NCBI RefSeq assembly: GCF_018977255.1
Contig: NW_024704743.1
Coordinates: 31,622,001 to 31,686,000 of the forward strand
DNA from: Callorhinchus milii
Taxonomy: Eukaryota
DNA length: 64,000 nt
Direction of reading: 5' to 3'
Made by a program: the position numbers and the translations under genes. Under the pieces are notes generated by a model. The model made no database searches, had not been told where the DNA came from, and saw only the letters and a list, made by a program, of their open reading frames with translations. Shown one piece after another: positions 35,016 through 48,745 of this stretch (the stretch's first letter is position 1; each line of letters starts with the position of its first letter).

Positions 35016-38000
35016 ATTCGTTTAACATTTTTCTTTTTAAAAAAACAAATTGGAATAATTTTGTCTTTTACATGACTTGAATATGACACTCAAGCGGCAA
35101 AGCCTCAGACACTAAAGAAGCAGACCAATGGGGGAAAAAAGAGGGGCAAAATCAATAACATACATTCATGCAATCTCGAGACTGCCATTAACTCACAGAC
35201 AAAGGACGTGAGTACTCAATGGGGGACATTCCGCCCCATATTCAGTGGACTTTTAATGAACTGTACTTTAATCCCTAACTGAAAGACTTGCATTGTGATG
35301 CATGTATGTTTTGTTTAATTAACCTGGATAATTACCGTGTTGCAATCTATTTAATGTTTTATGTAGAGTATTGCTGGTAAATTAAACATGTACAAAGTTT
35401 ATTAAGCAGGTAGAATAATGACATCTCACGGCTAGTTTTCTCTTGAAAATAACCTTCTCCAACAATTTGCAACTAATATGTACTAAAAGACTGATTATTT
35501 TTTGTAGATCTATGATTAGCCCTTTTAATATAGTGTATGTTGCATAGTTTTATAAAAAGTTCAATTTGAAAACTTAAAATAAGAGTTAATATAAATGTTG
35601 TTTCGAGACTAAACTAAATATAGAACGGAAGCAGTGTAGTACTAAACTGATAGAGAACCTTAAATAATAATGGTAGTTGGGTCTACTTCTTTAATGTGCC
35701 TCTAAACATACTGCCAAGTAGCTGAGTCTCACATTCTGAACAATTTCTCTGTTTCTCCCTTCCATTTATTGCTGAGAGAGCATAGACTTCCCAGATGGTA
35801 GGGCCAAAGGGAAGAAATATTTTCTCATGCCTTTTAGAAAGTGCTTTCTTTCTTGGCTAATATTTAGCTCCTTCAAATGCAAATGGAGAGGTTCCGCTGC
35901 AAGGTTAGCATAACAATTATGGGAAAGCTTTAGATGTTAAGTGTTTGCTTACAGGATGAAAGACAAATCTGCAATGCATGGGTTCTTGGAAGCCTTGGCA
36001 ATTTATTAAGCATTTTGTTAATTTCTCAACAACTATTGGTCAATTCAATGAAAAAAGAGTGGATGTTCTAATCCTGTACATTGCTTCTTTCCCCATGTCA
36101 TTCACTTTTAAATGATGCAGATCATGTAATGTGTAGGAGCAAGGACAGAACACTGCAGTTTTCTTAGCTCCTCAGCATAATGAATACTGTTTCCTTTACC
36201 ACATATGTGCAGAATAACTGCCAGCCTTCTCACAGTAAAAGCCTTCCTTGATTTTCCCACACTCAATTACGGTCCACTTTCTGAACATCCAAGGAATGAG
36301 TTGCACCATTTGTTTTTGATTAAAATGTTACAAAGCATTTCATTATGAAGTTTTAACATATTTCGGTTTACTTTCGTTGTCCAGTTTTTTGTAAACTTTT
36401 CTTTGAGTAGTGGAACCTGTCAAGGGAACTGGCTTAGTTTACTGAGCCTGTGGTTGTGTGAGGGAGCCAAATGATTCTAGACATTAACACAGTCATTAAC
36501 ACAGGGTATGGTAGTGACCATGTCATTTTGTGTCACTTCATACAGGTGTTAATTCAGCTCTCTCACATTGTTGGTTCAGTAACACCTCTAAATTATTCCT
36601 CCACTAACTCCTCTTCTGGGCACCACTGAACACACAGTCGGTACACTTTACAGTATATTATGTGAAATGCGTTGAGATTTCCTCCCAGGGTGAAAGGCAC
36701 TACAGTAAATGTAAGGATTAATCTTATAAACTTTATTCCCTTCATTATATTGTTACCACTCAGCAAAAAAATAATATCAACAGAAAATGGGCAGAAAAAA
36801 GCTAAAGGCTTTGAAAGTTCATCATAATCGTTTGTAATTTATTTTTTAACACATAGGCAGTTTAAATTTGCAAAGAGAGCTTTTGACAAGATTATCTTTC
36901 CCGATTTTTGTTGTGGTCCTTGTATCTATGATATGGTCATGCCAATCCCACAGGGAATTTTTGTAATTATTATCAAAGCACTTCACATGATATATTGTAA
37001 AGTATAATGTCTGTATTTTGTACGCGGGTGCATGTAGCAGACAATTTGCACGCGGCAATGTCCCACAAACAGACATGAAGTGAATGAGCAATTTTATCTG
37101 GGAAATTGTTGACCAGGACACTGGGACCTTTAGTGCAAAGTCTTGGCTGTCACACCACTGTAGTGCTGTGGATGTGCTCCATTGTCAGAGGAGCTGTCCT
37201 TCAGATGACATGTGAAAGTTTCTCCCATTTTTTTAATAGGGGTGATTTATAAATTATAAGCAAGAGCAAGCTAATTCCTTTTATTTTATTATTGCAATTG
37301 ATTTTCCTTTCCAGTTGTTCTGTACAATGGTTGTAGGGTGAGGACATGTGATTAGGTTGGATTGGGATCTTAATAATAATCAACCTTAATTTGATGTAGA
37401 ACTTTTCACATCCGGAGGACGTCTCAAAGTGCTTCACGGCATATATTGTAAAGTGCAGTGACTATGTGTTTTGCAGGTGAGTAGAATTATTATTGACACA
37501 AAGATATAGGGATGGTGCATGATTGGTGAAGGTATGGAGTACTCATGTTCCACTGCTACTCACAGGCGATCAGTTGGACATTATCCCAGGACACGCATAC
37601 ATATGGACTTGGACTATTTAACTGAGGTGTCTTAACAAAGAACTGACTGCTTTTGATGCAGCTTTCAGTAAGTTCATGTGCTGCACTTTACAGCTTTATC
37701 CACTCAAGCAACTTGAGAGGAATGTAGTCCCATATATTAGCTAGGCAATCAATAACAGTGTAAAGGTCAATTAGTGATAAAATCATTTTCTGATAGACAC
37801 TCCTTTTTTTTGGTAAAATGAACTGTTTTTTAATGGGAATCAAATGCCCCTTCAAATTATGTCCATCACATGTGTAGCATTAGAGGGCACATCGAGGTGC
37901 TAATATTAAGCATTTTAATTAATCGAATGAATGGAATGAGTCAAATGACACCCTTTCACTTCAATTATGGCATAATGTAATGTTCATTTTTGAAGCTTGT

Positions 38001-38697
38001 GGGTAACTCATATTCATCAACATTTCATATATAGTCTTCAGACAGGACAATTATGGTAAATCCAACTAAATATGTATGTATTGTGAAATAATAGGCAATA
38101 ATATATTTTAAGTTGTGGATTTTTGTTCATCAATGTGAAGGATATTAGTGCCGGGGAATTAAATACTTTTCCATTTTCATTAGAAAAGCACTGTAAAGCA
38201 TCAGGTTCCTCTGCTTTAGCGTTATCCAATACGTTAGCCACTAGCCACATGTGGTAAATTTGGAATCCAGATTTGTTGCTGTACCTGATAAATCTGCAGA
38301 AATGTAACATTATAATCGTCAATTTCCTTGTGTTAATGATCAAAGATGTGAAGCACACTGTGAGCTAAGCATCTGGGGACGTCCTCCTAACATGAAAGGG
38401 GCTATACAAATGTAATTTGTTGTTGTTGTTGTTGGCGACCATCAGTTGAAATTACTAATGCACTGATCCAGTGATATTTGAAGCTATGCCTAAACAGGGA
38501 TTTAGCCTGGCAGTGAGTTCTTTTTGCTGACAGTCTGTAGAATTGTAGAAAATTCTTCACTTCAGTTTCAATTTGCAAGCCTTTTTTTAAAGAAAAACTG
38601 GGTAAAGTTGCTTTGCAATTTAAGATTGAATTTAAGATTTTTTTTACAATTCTGCGCTTTCATAAATTTTATGACCAAATTGTCTTGTGGGCTCAAA

Positions 38698-39024
38698 CAA
38701 TAATAATAATAATAATCCTTGCATTTGATATAGCGCTTTTCACGTTGGGAGGACGTCCTAAAGCGCTTCACAGAACACACTGTAAAGTGAATTGACTGTA
38801 TATTTGTGGGCGAACGCGGCAGCCAATTGCACACAGCAATGTCCCACAAACAGTCGTAGATTGAAAATGACCAATTTATTATTGTTTTTGTTTTTAGAGG
38901 GATTATTATTAGGCGTGTGGAGTAAGGAAACTTGCCCAAGGTTTCGCCCTGACCTGCCTGGAATTGAACTCGGGTCTCTGACTTGCAAAGCGAGTGCTCT
39001 AACCACTGAGCTATAGGACTCCAC
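38698..39024 (-). mobile_element. SINE, short/young subfamily (TGC), full length
   Basis: Near identical to 24307-24627; its ORF-track peptide is almost the same. Confidence 0.95.
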
Positions 39025-39219
39025 GGTGGCCATGTGGCCCTCGATTGTGGTTTGCGGCACAGATTGGCTGTTTGATTTTTCGACGAGAAAGGAGAATGGT
39101 AGATCTCTAAGCTATCTGAAAATAATTGATAATAAAAACAAGTATGGTATCATAAACATATAAATAAATATTTTTTGGATAGGACTCAATCCGGCTCAAT
39201 ATCTAACATGTATCCAGTG

Positions 39220-39900
39220 AGCTCTGAAGCATTGATATTAGTGAGGCAAAGGTTCTGGATAGGCTCAATGAGTTAAAAATCAACCATGATTAGCCACTCA
39301 GAATAAAATATTGCTTATGATGCCTGCGGTCAAATGGTTGGATCACTCTGCCCTAGATACATGGAGAGATAAGAGAGATTTGATAATCACTGACAGACAT
39401 TTTAAAGGAATGAATGAACACTAGGTCAGATCCGACAAATTGCAAACAAGCAAATCTAGATTGAAATACAGGGTATATCAAAGTTTAAAGTATATCAGAA
39501 TTGAGCATGGTATACCAAAGTTTAATCCTGGGACCCCTCCTGTTCCTTGTCTGCATAAATAAACTGGATTCGCAGACTTGATGCAAGACATTAACAGATG
39601 ACACCAAGCTAGGAGGAACCTGTGGAATACAGAAAGCAGCCAATATCTTACAAAGGAGGTTGACCCAATGTGTACATGAGCTGAACTGACCATCGGCAAA
39701 TAAACTCACTACAGATAAATGCAAGGAGGCAAATGTGCTCTATGAATGGCATGGAATTTGTGAAGGGAAAAGTTTAAAGAGACCGGGGGCGATTAGTTCA
39801 CTTGTCATTCACCATGTTCAAACAGGGATGCTGGGTTCAAAAATGTTGAAGAATATACATTGCTCTCATTAGGATGTAACTGGATGACTCTAACCAATTC
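39220..39900 (+). mobile_element. Degenerate CR1 reverse transcriptase fragment
   Basis: TGGTATACCAAAG...CCTGGGACCCCTCCTGTTCC (GVPQG.LGPLLF-like) and CAGATGACACCAAGCTAGGAGG (ADDTKLGG). Confidence 0.65.
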
Positions 39901-40819
39901 TAGCTACGGTGATATGAAGTCTTGTCCACACCCTAGGGAGCGAATAGAGAAACCAAGCTGCTCCATAATACGTTATACATTTATATAGCTCCTTTCACAT
40001 CAGGAGGATGTCCCAAAGTGCTTGACAATTTCAGGCTGGGCACCGGAGCTAAGGGTGGTGGGGAGGCGGTGCGGGGGGGAATGAGGTGGGGAAAGGTGAC
40101 CAAAAGCATGTTCAAAGAGGTATCTGGAATCATATCTTGAAAGAGGGGAGGAAGGGAGCATGTCGGCGGGACCTGTGAATGGAGTTCCAGAGACCAACTG
40201 CCAAGTGTCTGAAATCCCACATAATAATAATAATCCTTGTGTTTGATATTGTGCCTTATCACTTCATTGAGACGTCTCAAAGTACTTCACAGAATATACT
40301 GTAAAGTGAATTGACTATATATTTGTGAGCAAAACGCGGCAGCCAATTGTGCACAGCAGTGTCCCACAAACAGCCGTCAATAGTGGCCAAATTATTATTT
40401 ATTCTATTTTTTTCCCGATAAATCTGATCCTAGTGATAGAGGAATGAACCACAAGAATAAGTACAATACAATACAAAATTAGATTTTTATAGCGCCTTTC
40501 ATGTTGGGAGGAAGTAAATAAATTAAGAGGGGGCTTTTTGGTTGTTTAAAGGAATAGAGAAAATCGAACAATACTTTCAAGGTAACAGGAGCAGAGTTCA
40601 CAGGTTCACTGCTCTGAAAGGCAACAGTACGAAAGCACCATGAGGTACATATTTCCTAGAGGTTATCAGCATCTGGAATGGGTTTCTGAAATGGGCAATT
40701 GAGACCTGGACCATTTAATAAACAGAATAATGCTGTAATGAAAAGATGGGAGGATGAACATTCTTAAAGGATGAGATCAAATGAGCTGAAGGGCTCTTAC
40801 TATACTTAGAATATACTTA

Positions 40820-41164
40820 ACCCCCTACCAACCCGCCTGCTCCCTCCGCTCAGCCGGCTCCGGCCTGCTCCATGTCCCTCGACCCACCCGCTCCACCATT
40901 GGCGGGAGAGCCTTCAGCCACGCTAACCCTACCTCTGGAATTCCATCCCCCAGTCATTGCACCTCAACCCCTCCTTAGCCTCCTTCAAGTCCCGCCTCAA
41001 GACCCTCCTCTTCGACCATGCGATCGGTCACCCTTCTTCCCCTCCCCTCCCTTCTCCCCCCCTGACCCCAGCTTGGGTCTGAAATGCTGTACTCTGTCCA
41101 GTGCCTTGGGACGTCCTCCCGATGTGAAATACGCTATACAAATATAATCTTGTTGTTGTTGTTG
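40820..41164 (+). mobile_element. L2 3' end
   Basis: Close match to 5900-6234; (TTG)n tail. Confidence 0.9.
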
Positions 41165-44100
41165 TAGAATCTCTCTTTTACCCTTTTCAATTAGATGTTA
41201 CCTCAAGCTCAATGTTGACATGATGTATTTTATCATTTAGATTGCCTTGGTATCTGATAAAAAGCTCTGAATCCCCAGAAACCAATGCATGGAATTTACC
41301 AGTAGTTTTAAATGGGTCCCACGCAAAATAAGATAGCCTCAATAATATGGCAAATGCTGTCAATGGTTTCCTTAAATAAAGATACCCATTAAAATTCTGT
41401 GATGAGTTAATAGTCTGGGCACTGCATTGGTGAGACCTAGATTCATAGCTGCAACTCCTCACGGGGTGAATACACATTGTGTAATTGATGCATTGGGACA
41501 GAGCTGAGCAGAGACTTCACACTTCTCCTGGGGAGGGGGGGAAAGAATGGAAAGTTCAGATCCTGGGGAACTTGTACATGGACCTTCTTGATTCTCACAA
41601 AGAGCCTTGGCATAGGCCTTGGAACAGGTAGTTCTGTCCCATCAGTTCTCTCAGTGAGGAAATAGCCCACGGCCCCAGGGAGAGGATGGGGGAAGGGAGG
41701 ATAAAGAAAATGAGAGAGTGAAAGAGAAAGAAAAGGCAGAGAAAGAGAAAATGTGTTTAAATTAAAAACGTGACCTTTCAGAACTGCCACTTGCTATTGC
41801 TCCTGCAGGCAGATGCTATTTATCAAGCCACTGCCTCACACTAGACAGGCTTCCCCAGAGACAAGCAGATACTGTGAAGCACTGTAAAGGAATTAGTTCT
41901 TTAGTGTACAACAGCTTGCCAGCAGTCTGCTGCAAAGAAAGGAGAATCCCGATTGAAATTGCTCTGGTAGGATGGGAACGGTTTTTGTAGCTCCCTCCCA
42001 GGGAGATGTTTTGATGCCCATCTCTTATTTAACTGCCTTTGTGTTCTACAAATTGTAATTTAATACCTTTTGAGTCACAGATGGCCTGCTACTGAATTGT
42101 CGACTCAGCTCCATTCAGCCAGCAGGTAAATAAACCTGAAGCCTTCATTTCCAGAGCGGCACAAAGTGATTCTGAGACACAAGCGCATGTTCCAAGTTTA
42201 TAGGTGCTGCAGTTACTACGCAAAGTTTCCAAAGAGCCCTGGTCACAAAGAGGCTTTGCTAAGCTGCACTGATTTTGAATAACTGCTGGGATCTGAGGCA
42301 CCGAGCAGCTTTCTGTCCCCAGCATGTGCTGAATCCACTGAGAAAGGAATTGAAGGCTTTCCTCGAGTGTGAGAGTGGGTTGGTTATTACATTGCACAAC
42401 AACATTGTCGTCTAACTTGAGAACAATTTCCCAATTTGTTTCAGGAAACAGACTTGAAGCTACAGTGGAGTTAAAAATACGGCATTTGCAAGTCAGAGTT
42501 GGTGATTACCACTGACATTTTACTTGTGGGCTTTCTCTTGGCAGAAAAAAAAGGCAGATAATTCCAATAACAGGTTAGAAAGCAAAACCTGGTCTGCAAA
42601 CTGGCCTTCGCCATGCTTCAAGTTTGTAATTTTTCCTTGATTATTTTAGCTTGCCTTTTCAGCTGGGCTTTGAGGATGACACTACTTGAAAGAGAAGGGA
42701 GTTTCTCCCAGTGTCCTGGCCAACAATCCATCAGATAAATTGGTCGTTCACTTTAAAGCTATTTGTATGACTGAGCAAATTGGCTGGTGGATTTGTCTAC
42801 AAATACACAGTCACTGCATTTGACAGCAATTAATGAAGCATTTGTGACACTAGGCTCTGTATCAAATACAAGTGATATAATAATAATCCTTGCATTTGAT
42901 ATAGCTCCTTCTCATGTTGTTGAGACATCTTAAAAATGCTTCAGAGGATTTTACTGTAAAATGTATCTGTAAGTGCATTTGACTGTGTATTTAGTGAGTG
43001 ACCAATTTTACCTGGACAATTGTTAGCCAGAACAATGATAAACTCCCTTTCTTTTTAAATAATGCATAGAACTGTTAATGCTTGCTCCCCAACCTGTTAA
43101 TGCTTACTCCCCAACCAACTACCCACTGCCTCCGCTTGCCTAGCTCTGGCCTCCTGCATGTCCCTTGTGCCCTCTGTTCCACCATTGCTGGCTGCACTTT
43201 TAGCCACTATACCCCAAAACTTTGGAACACTCTTCCTCTATCTCTCTGCCTCACCCCCTCCTTCCCCATCTTCAGGTCGTGCCTGAAGACCTTCCTCTTC
43301 GGTCGTGCCTAAGGTCACCTCCCCCCTCTCTGCGGCTTGACATCGTGCTCCTCCTGTGAGTGGCGCTATTTAAATGCATGTTGTTGTTGCTGCTAATGTC
43401 CAACTGAACAGGCATTTTTTTTTGGCCAGCAAGCTAGATTATCAACTTCATAACCGGCATAAAATATCCTTCTGGTCTAGTTTCCAAATATGAAGAATTC
43501 AAATAATAATAATTGAATCTTACATTGCACCTGTAATGATGAAACATCTCCAAGCGCTTCACAAGTAATTGCTGTCGAGTGCAGTGAGTGTGTGTTTGTA
43601 GGCAGACACGGTAGCAATGTTCCGCAAACAAACCTTAAGGGAGAAGGGCTGGCCCTGTGTGTGAGGGCGAATCTTGAGAAATATCTTAACCGTTGTACCT
43701 AATCCTCTCTTCAGTTTGTTGACAAATTCTGCCTCCACCACTTCCCTGAATAGTATATTTCAGATATTCATCGCTCTCTATACAATACAAATTTACGTTT
43801 ATATAACGGCTTTCACATCGGAAGGCATCCCAAGACGCTTAACAATACTGGCTGGGAACCTGAGCTGGGGGTGGGAGTCGAGTGGGTCAGTGCGATGTAC
43901 TTGGTATATGCTCCCTACGTGAAAGACGCTATACAAATGTAAGTTTGTATTGTATTGTACTTCCGGTTGTGATTCTTGTTATGAATATCCCATTTTAGAC
44001 CCACCAACCACATAGAATAGGAAAATCTCATGTACAGCAGTGTCACTTTGTGGCCAGAAGCAAGTCATCCCTATGTTTCCAGTTCCAGAAGAGTGCTATT

Positions 44101-45599
44101 AGATATCATCCCGGCCTGCTTTCCCTCTGGAGTGTGTGCACATTGTGCCGTGGACTGTGATAGGTTTGATGGACACGCAAAGAGAGTGGAGCTGTGTTCA
44201 GCTTCAGCAAAATACTGGAAGCGAGAATGACACCAAATGAAATCCATGGGACAAGAATTAAAATAAATGTCAATGACTTGAATTTACTCGTAACTGCTGA
44301 GACCTGCTGCTCAGTTCACAAATGTCAATGGGGACCTGGACCTATAAGATTCCCATTGGGGAACTGTAGAGAAGAAGGATGGAAACGATGTATAGGATAC
44401 TGTAATACTGCTGTTATAAAATAAAAGATGACTTATATTTTAAGAAAGGTAGTAACATACGTAGTACAGTTCTGTACATTAGTTGTACTGTAGGCAGCTA
44501 CATAAGTGCAATGCTAAGTTGCCATACACTAAGCTCTTTTTCACTCACTACCACTGCAAACTAAACTATTTTGGCTTACTGCAACATTGTTGAAGAGTAA
44601 TTTAAAAAAGCAGCGTTTTTGACCTGGTTATCCTGGTTTATTTCCTCTGCTCATCCTAATTCACCCCAATTCTAATTAATTGGCTATTCATCTCATTGTT
44701 TGCTGTTGTGTTTGTCTTTATAAGAACATTCATTTTGCTTCTGATTAATTTAATTCCAAACAGAGCTTCACGACATTTCGTTTATGTGAAAGGTGCTTTA
44801 CAAATGTAAACAACAGCAGCAAAAAATTACTTTTATTTAGCCCCTTTCAATTTTGGGAGGACATCTCAAAGAACTTCACACAGCTGATCAGAAGCCTGAG
44901 TTTGGTGGAGGGTGGGGGGGCTGAGTGGGGGGGTGGTCTGAAGTGGGAGGGAGACCTGAGGGAAGAAGGTGGGGTGGGCAAATGTTACTGAATGTACAGT
45001 CGAACAGATGGTTTATGGTGGGTTTGGAATGTTCAATAAATGGTAGTTTCTGGTTAAAAATAAGCCAGATATCATGAAAGATATTGAAGTAAGTTACTCA
45101 ATGACTGGACATTGGAGAAAATGGGGTCAGAATTGGTACTGAATTTTAATGATGTAAATTAAGATGTTGGTGGTAGTTTGGGAGTAAAGCAAAAACAATA
45201 CGTTAATTTTACATGCAAATTACTGTGTATGATTTGTGCCTAGTGTTTTTTGGAGTAAGGGACCAGTGTCCAGCCCATAGAAAGGTCCTGAGATATACTG
45301 GGGCTTTGGGCAGTTTTCTGCTGTCGGAAATTGCATTGTTTAATTAGCGACATCAAGGCCGTACATTCGGTTCCTTGGAACAGTGTGGACTATACGTTCC
45401 AAAAATAACAAATGAGACTTTATGTGCAAAGGTCAGTATCAAAGCAGAGGTTCCCCTATCAGCTTCATCATGCAGAACAGAAGCAGCATGTCTTCCTCGA
45501 GTTACATCTACATGGTCATCATGAACACAGCACCCTGTGCTGCCTGTACTAACACCAATGCCGAACTCTTCCTATCTCTCGAGGGTGGAGATAAGAGAC

Positions 45600-46000
45600 T
45601 CAGTTATATCCTCCGCTGCCTCAATGGCTTGGCACACCCAATGTCCCCTTGCCCAGTGTCTGTTTGTGTGTGATCTTCCTCTGTGAAGAAACATGTATGG
45701 TTATAAGTTTCTGTAGTGTGGTTTCCCCTATTTGTGGGAAGAAATGTGGTATCGTTTAACTTTGCAGCATTGTGCTTGCTTTTTGAGCTCCTCAAAAGCC
45801 TTTCTGGCCAGCTGGCATGACAGAGTGAAGCCACTGGCAGCATTAATCCAGGCTGTCACTTCAAACCAGGCTCCCCTTCTTTGATGGCTGCCATTAGCCC
45901 CAAATAAATTTCCCCTGAGCTCCATCACTCCCTCAGCGCAGGTCAGGACTTCAGCTTCTTCCCTCTCCACATCTTTCCAGCCAAGAGTGGTCTTAATGAT
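45600..46000 (-). mobile_element. Harbinger-type Myb/SANT DNA-binding ORF remnant
   Basis: EEAEVL...GVMELRGNLFG...RRGAWFEVTAWINAASGFTLSCQLARKAFEELKKQAQ follows the Myb/SANT-like (NAIF1/MSANTD) pattern. Confidence 0.6.
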
Positions 46001-46011
46001 CTTAGTAAAGA

Positions 46012-46403
46012 GTGGAGTCCTGTAGCTCAGTGGGTGGAATCCTGTAACACAGTGGTTAGAACATTCGCCTCGCAAGCGAGAGACGATTCCCGGCAGGGCA
46101 AAATGTTGGGCAAGTTACTTTACTCCACACGCTTCTGTTTACCTAGCAGTAAGTCGGAACCCGGTTTTTAGTCGCTTGGCAGTTCACTTTTCCAGGGGTA
46201 ATAATAATTCCCTCAAAAAAATAAATAAATTGGTCACTTCAATCCACAACTGTTTGTGGGACATTGCTATGCGCATTTAGCTGTGGTGTTTCGCCCACGA
46301 ATATACAGCCAATTCACTTTGCAGTATATTCTGTGAAGCGCCTTGAGAGGTCTTGAAGACGTGATAAGGTGCTATATCAAATGGAAGAATTATTATTATT
46401 ATC
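46012..46403 (+). mobile_element. SINE, long subfamily, duplicated 5' end
   Basis: GTGGAGTCCTGTAGCTCAGTGG followed by GTGGAATCCTGTAACACAGTGG; full body. Confidence 0.92.
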
Positions 46404-46475
46404 ATTAATGATGCATTTTGTTGGTATTTTTCCTGTTAGAATGAACGTTTATATATACGGCAGACATTTATGGCA

Positions 46476-46838
46476 TAATAATAATATTCCTTACATTTGA
46501 TATAGCGCCTTATCACGTCTTCGAGATGTCTCAAAGCTCTTCACAGAATATACTGTAAAGTGAATTGTCTGTATATTTTGTGGATGAATCACAGCAGCCA
46601 ATTGCGCACAGAAGTGTCCCACAACCAGTCGTGGATTGAGTGACTAAATTATTATTATTTATTTATTTTTGAAGGGATTATTATCCCCGGAAATCCATCA
46701 ATCGACTAACAATCAGGTTCCAAGGTAAACAGAGGCGTGTGGAGTAAAGAAACTTGCCGAACATTTCGGCCTCCTGGGAATTGATCCCAGGTCCTCTCGC
46801 TTGCGAGGTGAGTGCTCTAACCACTAAGCCACAGGACT
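46476..46838 (-). mobile_element. SINE, long subfamily
   Basis: Near full-length reverse copy, tail-to-tail with 46012-46403. Confidence 0.92.
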
Positions 46839-46938
46839 TCAGAGGAGAGCCATCTAATTTTAACCCAATAGTCTTTTGACAGCATGAAAAACGTTTCATT
46901 AGAGAGTTGCTCCTGGAAAATATTGGCATATGTTAAGC

Positions 46939-47043
46939 CAGAGTGTACCAACTGGAGGACCAAAAAAATTTGCTTATGGGGCCCACGGACGTTTCTCAAA
47001 TAAGGCATCTGGCCCTCAACAGCCGAAAGATTGAATCACCCTG
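46939..47043. mobile_element. 105-bp hAT-type MITE
   Basis: Degenerate TIRs CAGAGTGTACCAACT / AGATTGAATCACCCTG; 8-bp flanks TGTTAAGC and TGTTAAGA. Confidence 0.6.
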
Positions 47044-48439
47044 TGTTAAGATGTACAACACTAATCACCCTTGAGGAAAGAGTTAGAATGGAAAAGATAT
47101 GCAGTATTCTCCCAATGCTCAGATTTGTATTCTTAGTGTAAAATACGATATCTAATTCAGCGCTGGATACAATGAGTGGCGGAATCCAAGGCAGACAAAA
47201 GATTCAGGTAAATGCAAGGATCAGGCTAATGCTGAGGACCTGGGTTTTGTGAGCGGGTTCAAATTCCTGTGTTTGCCAGTAGAGTCCTCTCAGGAAACAA
47301 ACTGATGAGAATTTAATTCAGAGTTATTACCATGTGTGTCTGACAGGCTCTAAGGAAGATTTACAAGCCTATTCTTTGTGGCTTAATGCTACTGAATAGG
47401 CTTAAGGAATAATACTGTTCACTACCTTATTGAGTCTCCATAAAGCAATTGGCAATGTGACTTGGAAATAGTTGTGCACAAAGATATGAGTTAAAATAAA
47501 AAGATGAGAGTTTCCCATTTCTGTGCCCAGATTCATTGCTGCAATGTTAACCAAATTACAGCTGGTATAAATGTGCCACAACATCTGCACATTAGTGTGT
47601 TAGTGGGACATTAATTCACTACGACTGAGGTGGTAATGGGGCATTAGTGCTGTCATTAATGTTCCACTGTCTGAATTGATGGGAAATGGACCACTGTATA
47701 TCAAGTTCATAAATCAACGCAGTCGGTAGGCTTCTCAGTTTTCTCCCAGAATTAGAATGATTTACCAAAGAAGACAGGGTATGCATCTATTTACTACCTG
47801 CAGGCTATTTACTACCTTTCACTGATGATAGTGAAAAACATTTTCGGTTTAAGAGTTGCAACATCCCTTACGCATCAATCTAATGCGGGATTAATTTTAT
47901 ACATTCAGAGGCAGCCAGACAGTGATCTGTGTGCACTCAGACACAGTGTGCGAGTCAGACTGACAGACCTCATCACTAACACCATGAACTAAGATGATCC
48001 ATTCTTACATTCTGCATTGATGGATATGGCTTTGACTTTAAAATAATTTGCATCTAATGTCTGATAGAATGACTAGATTCTGGATTAGGTGGGGTGGGGG
48101 GAATTGTTTTTTTCTCGGACATTTACAAATGAGCACCAGAACATATTATACTAGAACTAGACTAGACTATTTGAAAAGGTCTATTAAAAATCTGACCCAG
48201 TATATCACTGCTTTTATTATCTGTCCACGCAGAGTGACTGTGCTGGCTCACTAACCAGACTGCAATGTTAAATGAACATTAGAGTTTAAGGCCACTCACT
48301 GGAACCAATTTTTATTATTACTCAGTTTATGTGGGAAGGCTCTTTATAAACAGACCTATACGGTAACAAACACAAAGGAATTTTATTTTTATACTAACAA
48401 CGTAGAACAATGCAAGTTAAAAGTTAACACAGTGCATAT

Positions 48440-48745
48440 AATAATAATAATTGCATTTGATATTGCGCCTTATCCCTTTGTTGATATGCCCCAAAGTACT
48501 TCACAGAATATACTATAATGTGAATTGACGGTATATGTTATGGATGAAATGCTGCAGCTAATTGCGCACACCAGTGTCCAACAAATAGTCATGGATTGAG
48601 TGACCAAATTATTATTATTATTATTTTTGAAGGGATTATTAGCCCTGGAACGCGATCTGCCAATCGACTTAACAACTGGATTCCTACTTACTGCTAGGTA
48701 AACACAGACGTGAGGAGTAAGGAAACTTGCCTTAGGTTTCACCCC
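48440..48745 (-). mobile_element. SINE, long subfamily, headless
   Basis: Tail through CCTACTTACTGCTAGGTAAACAC...GGAAACTTGCC. Confidence 0.88.
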
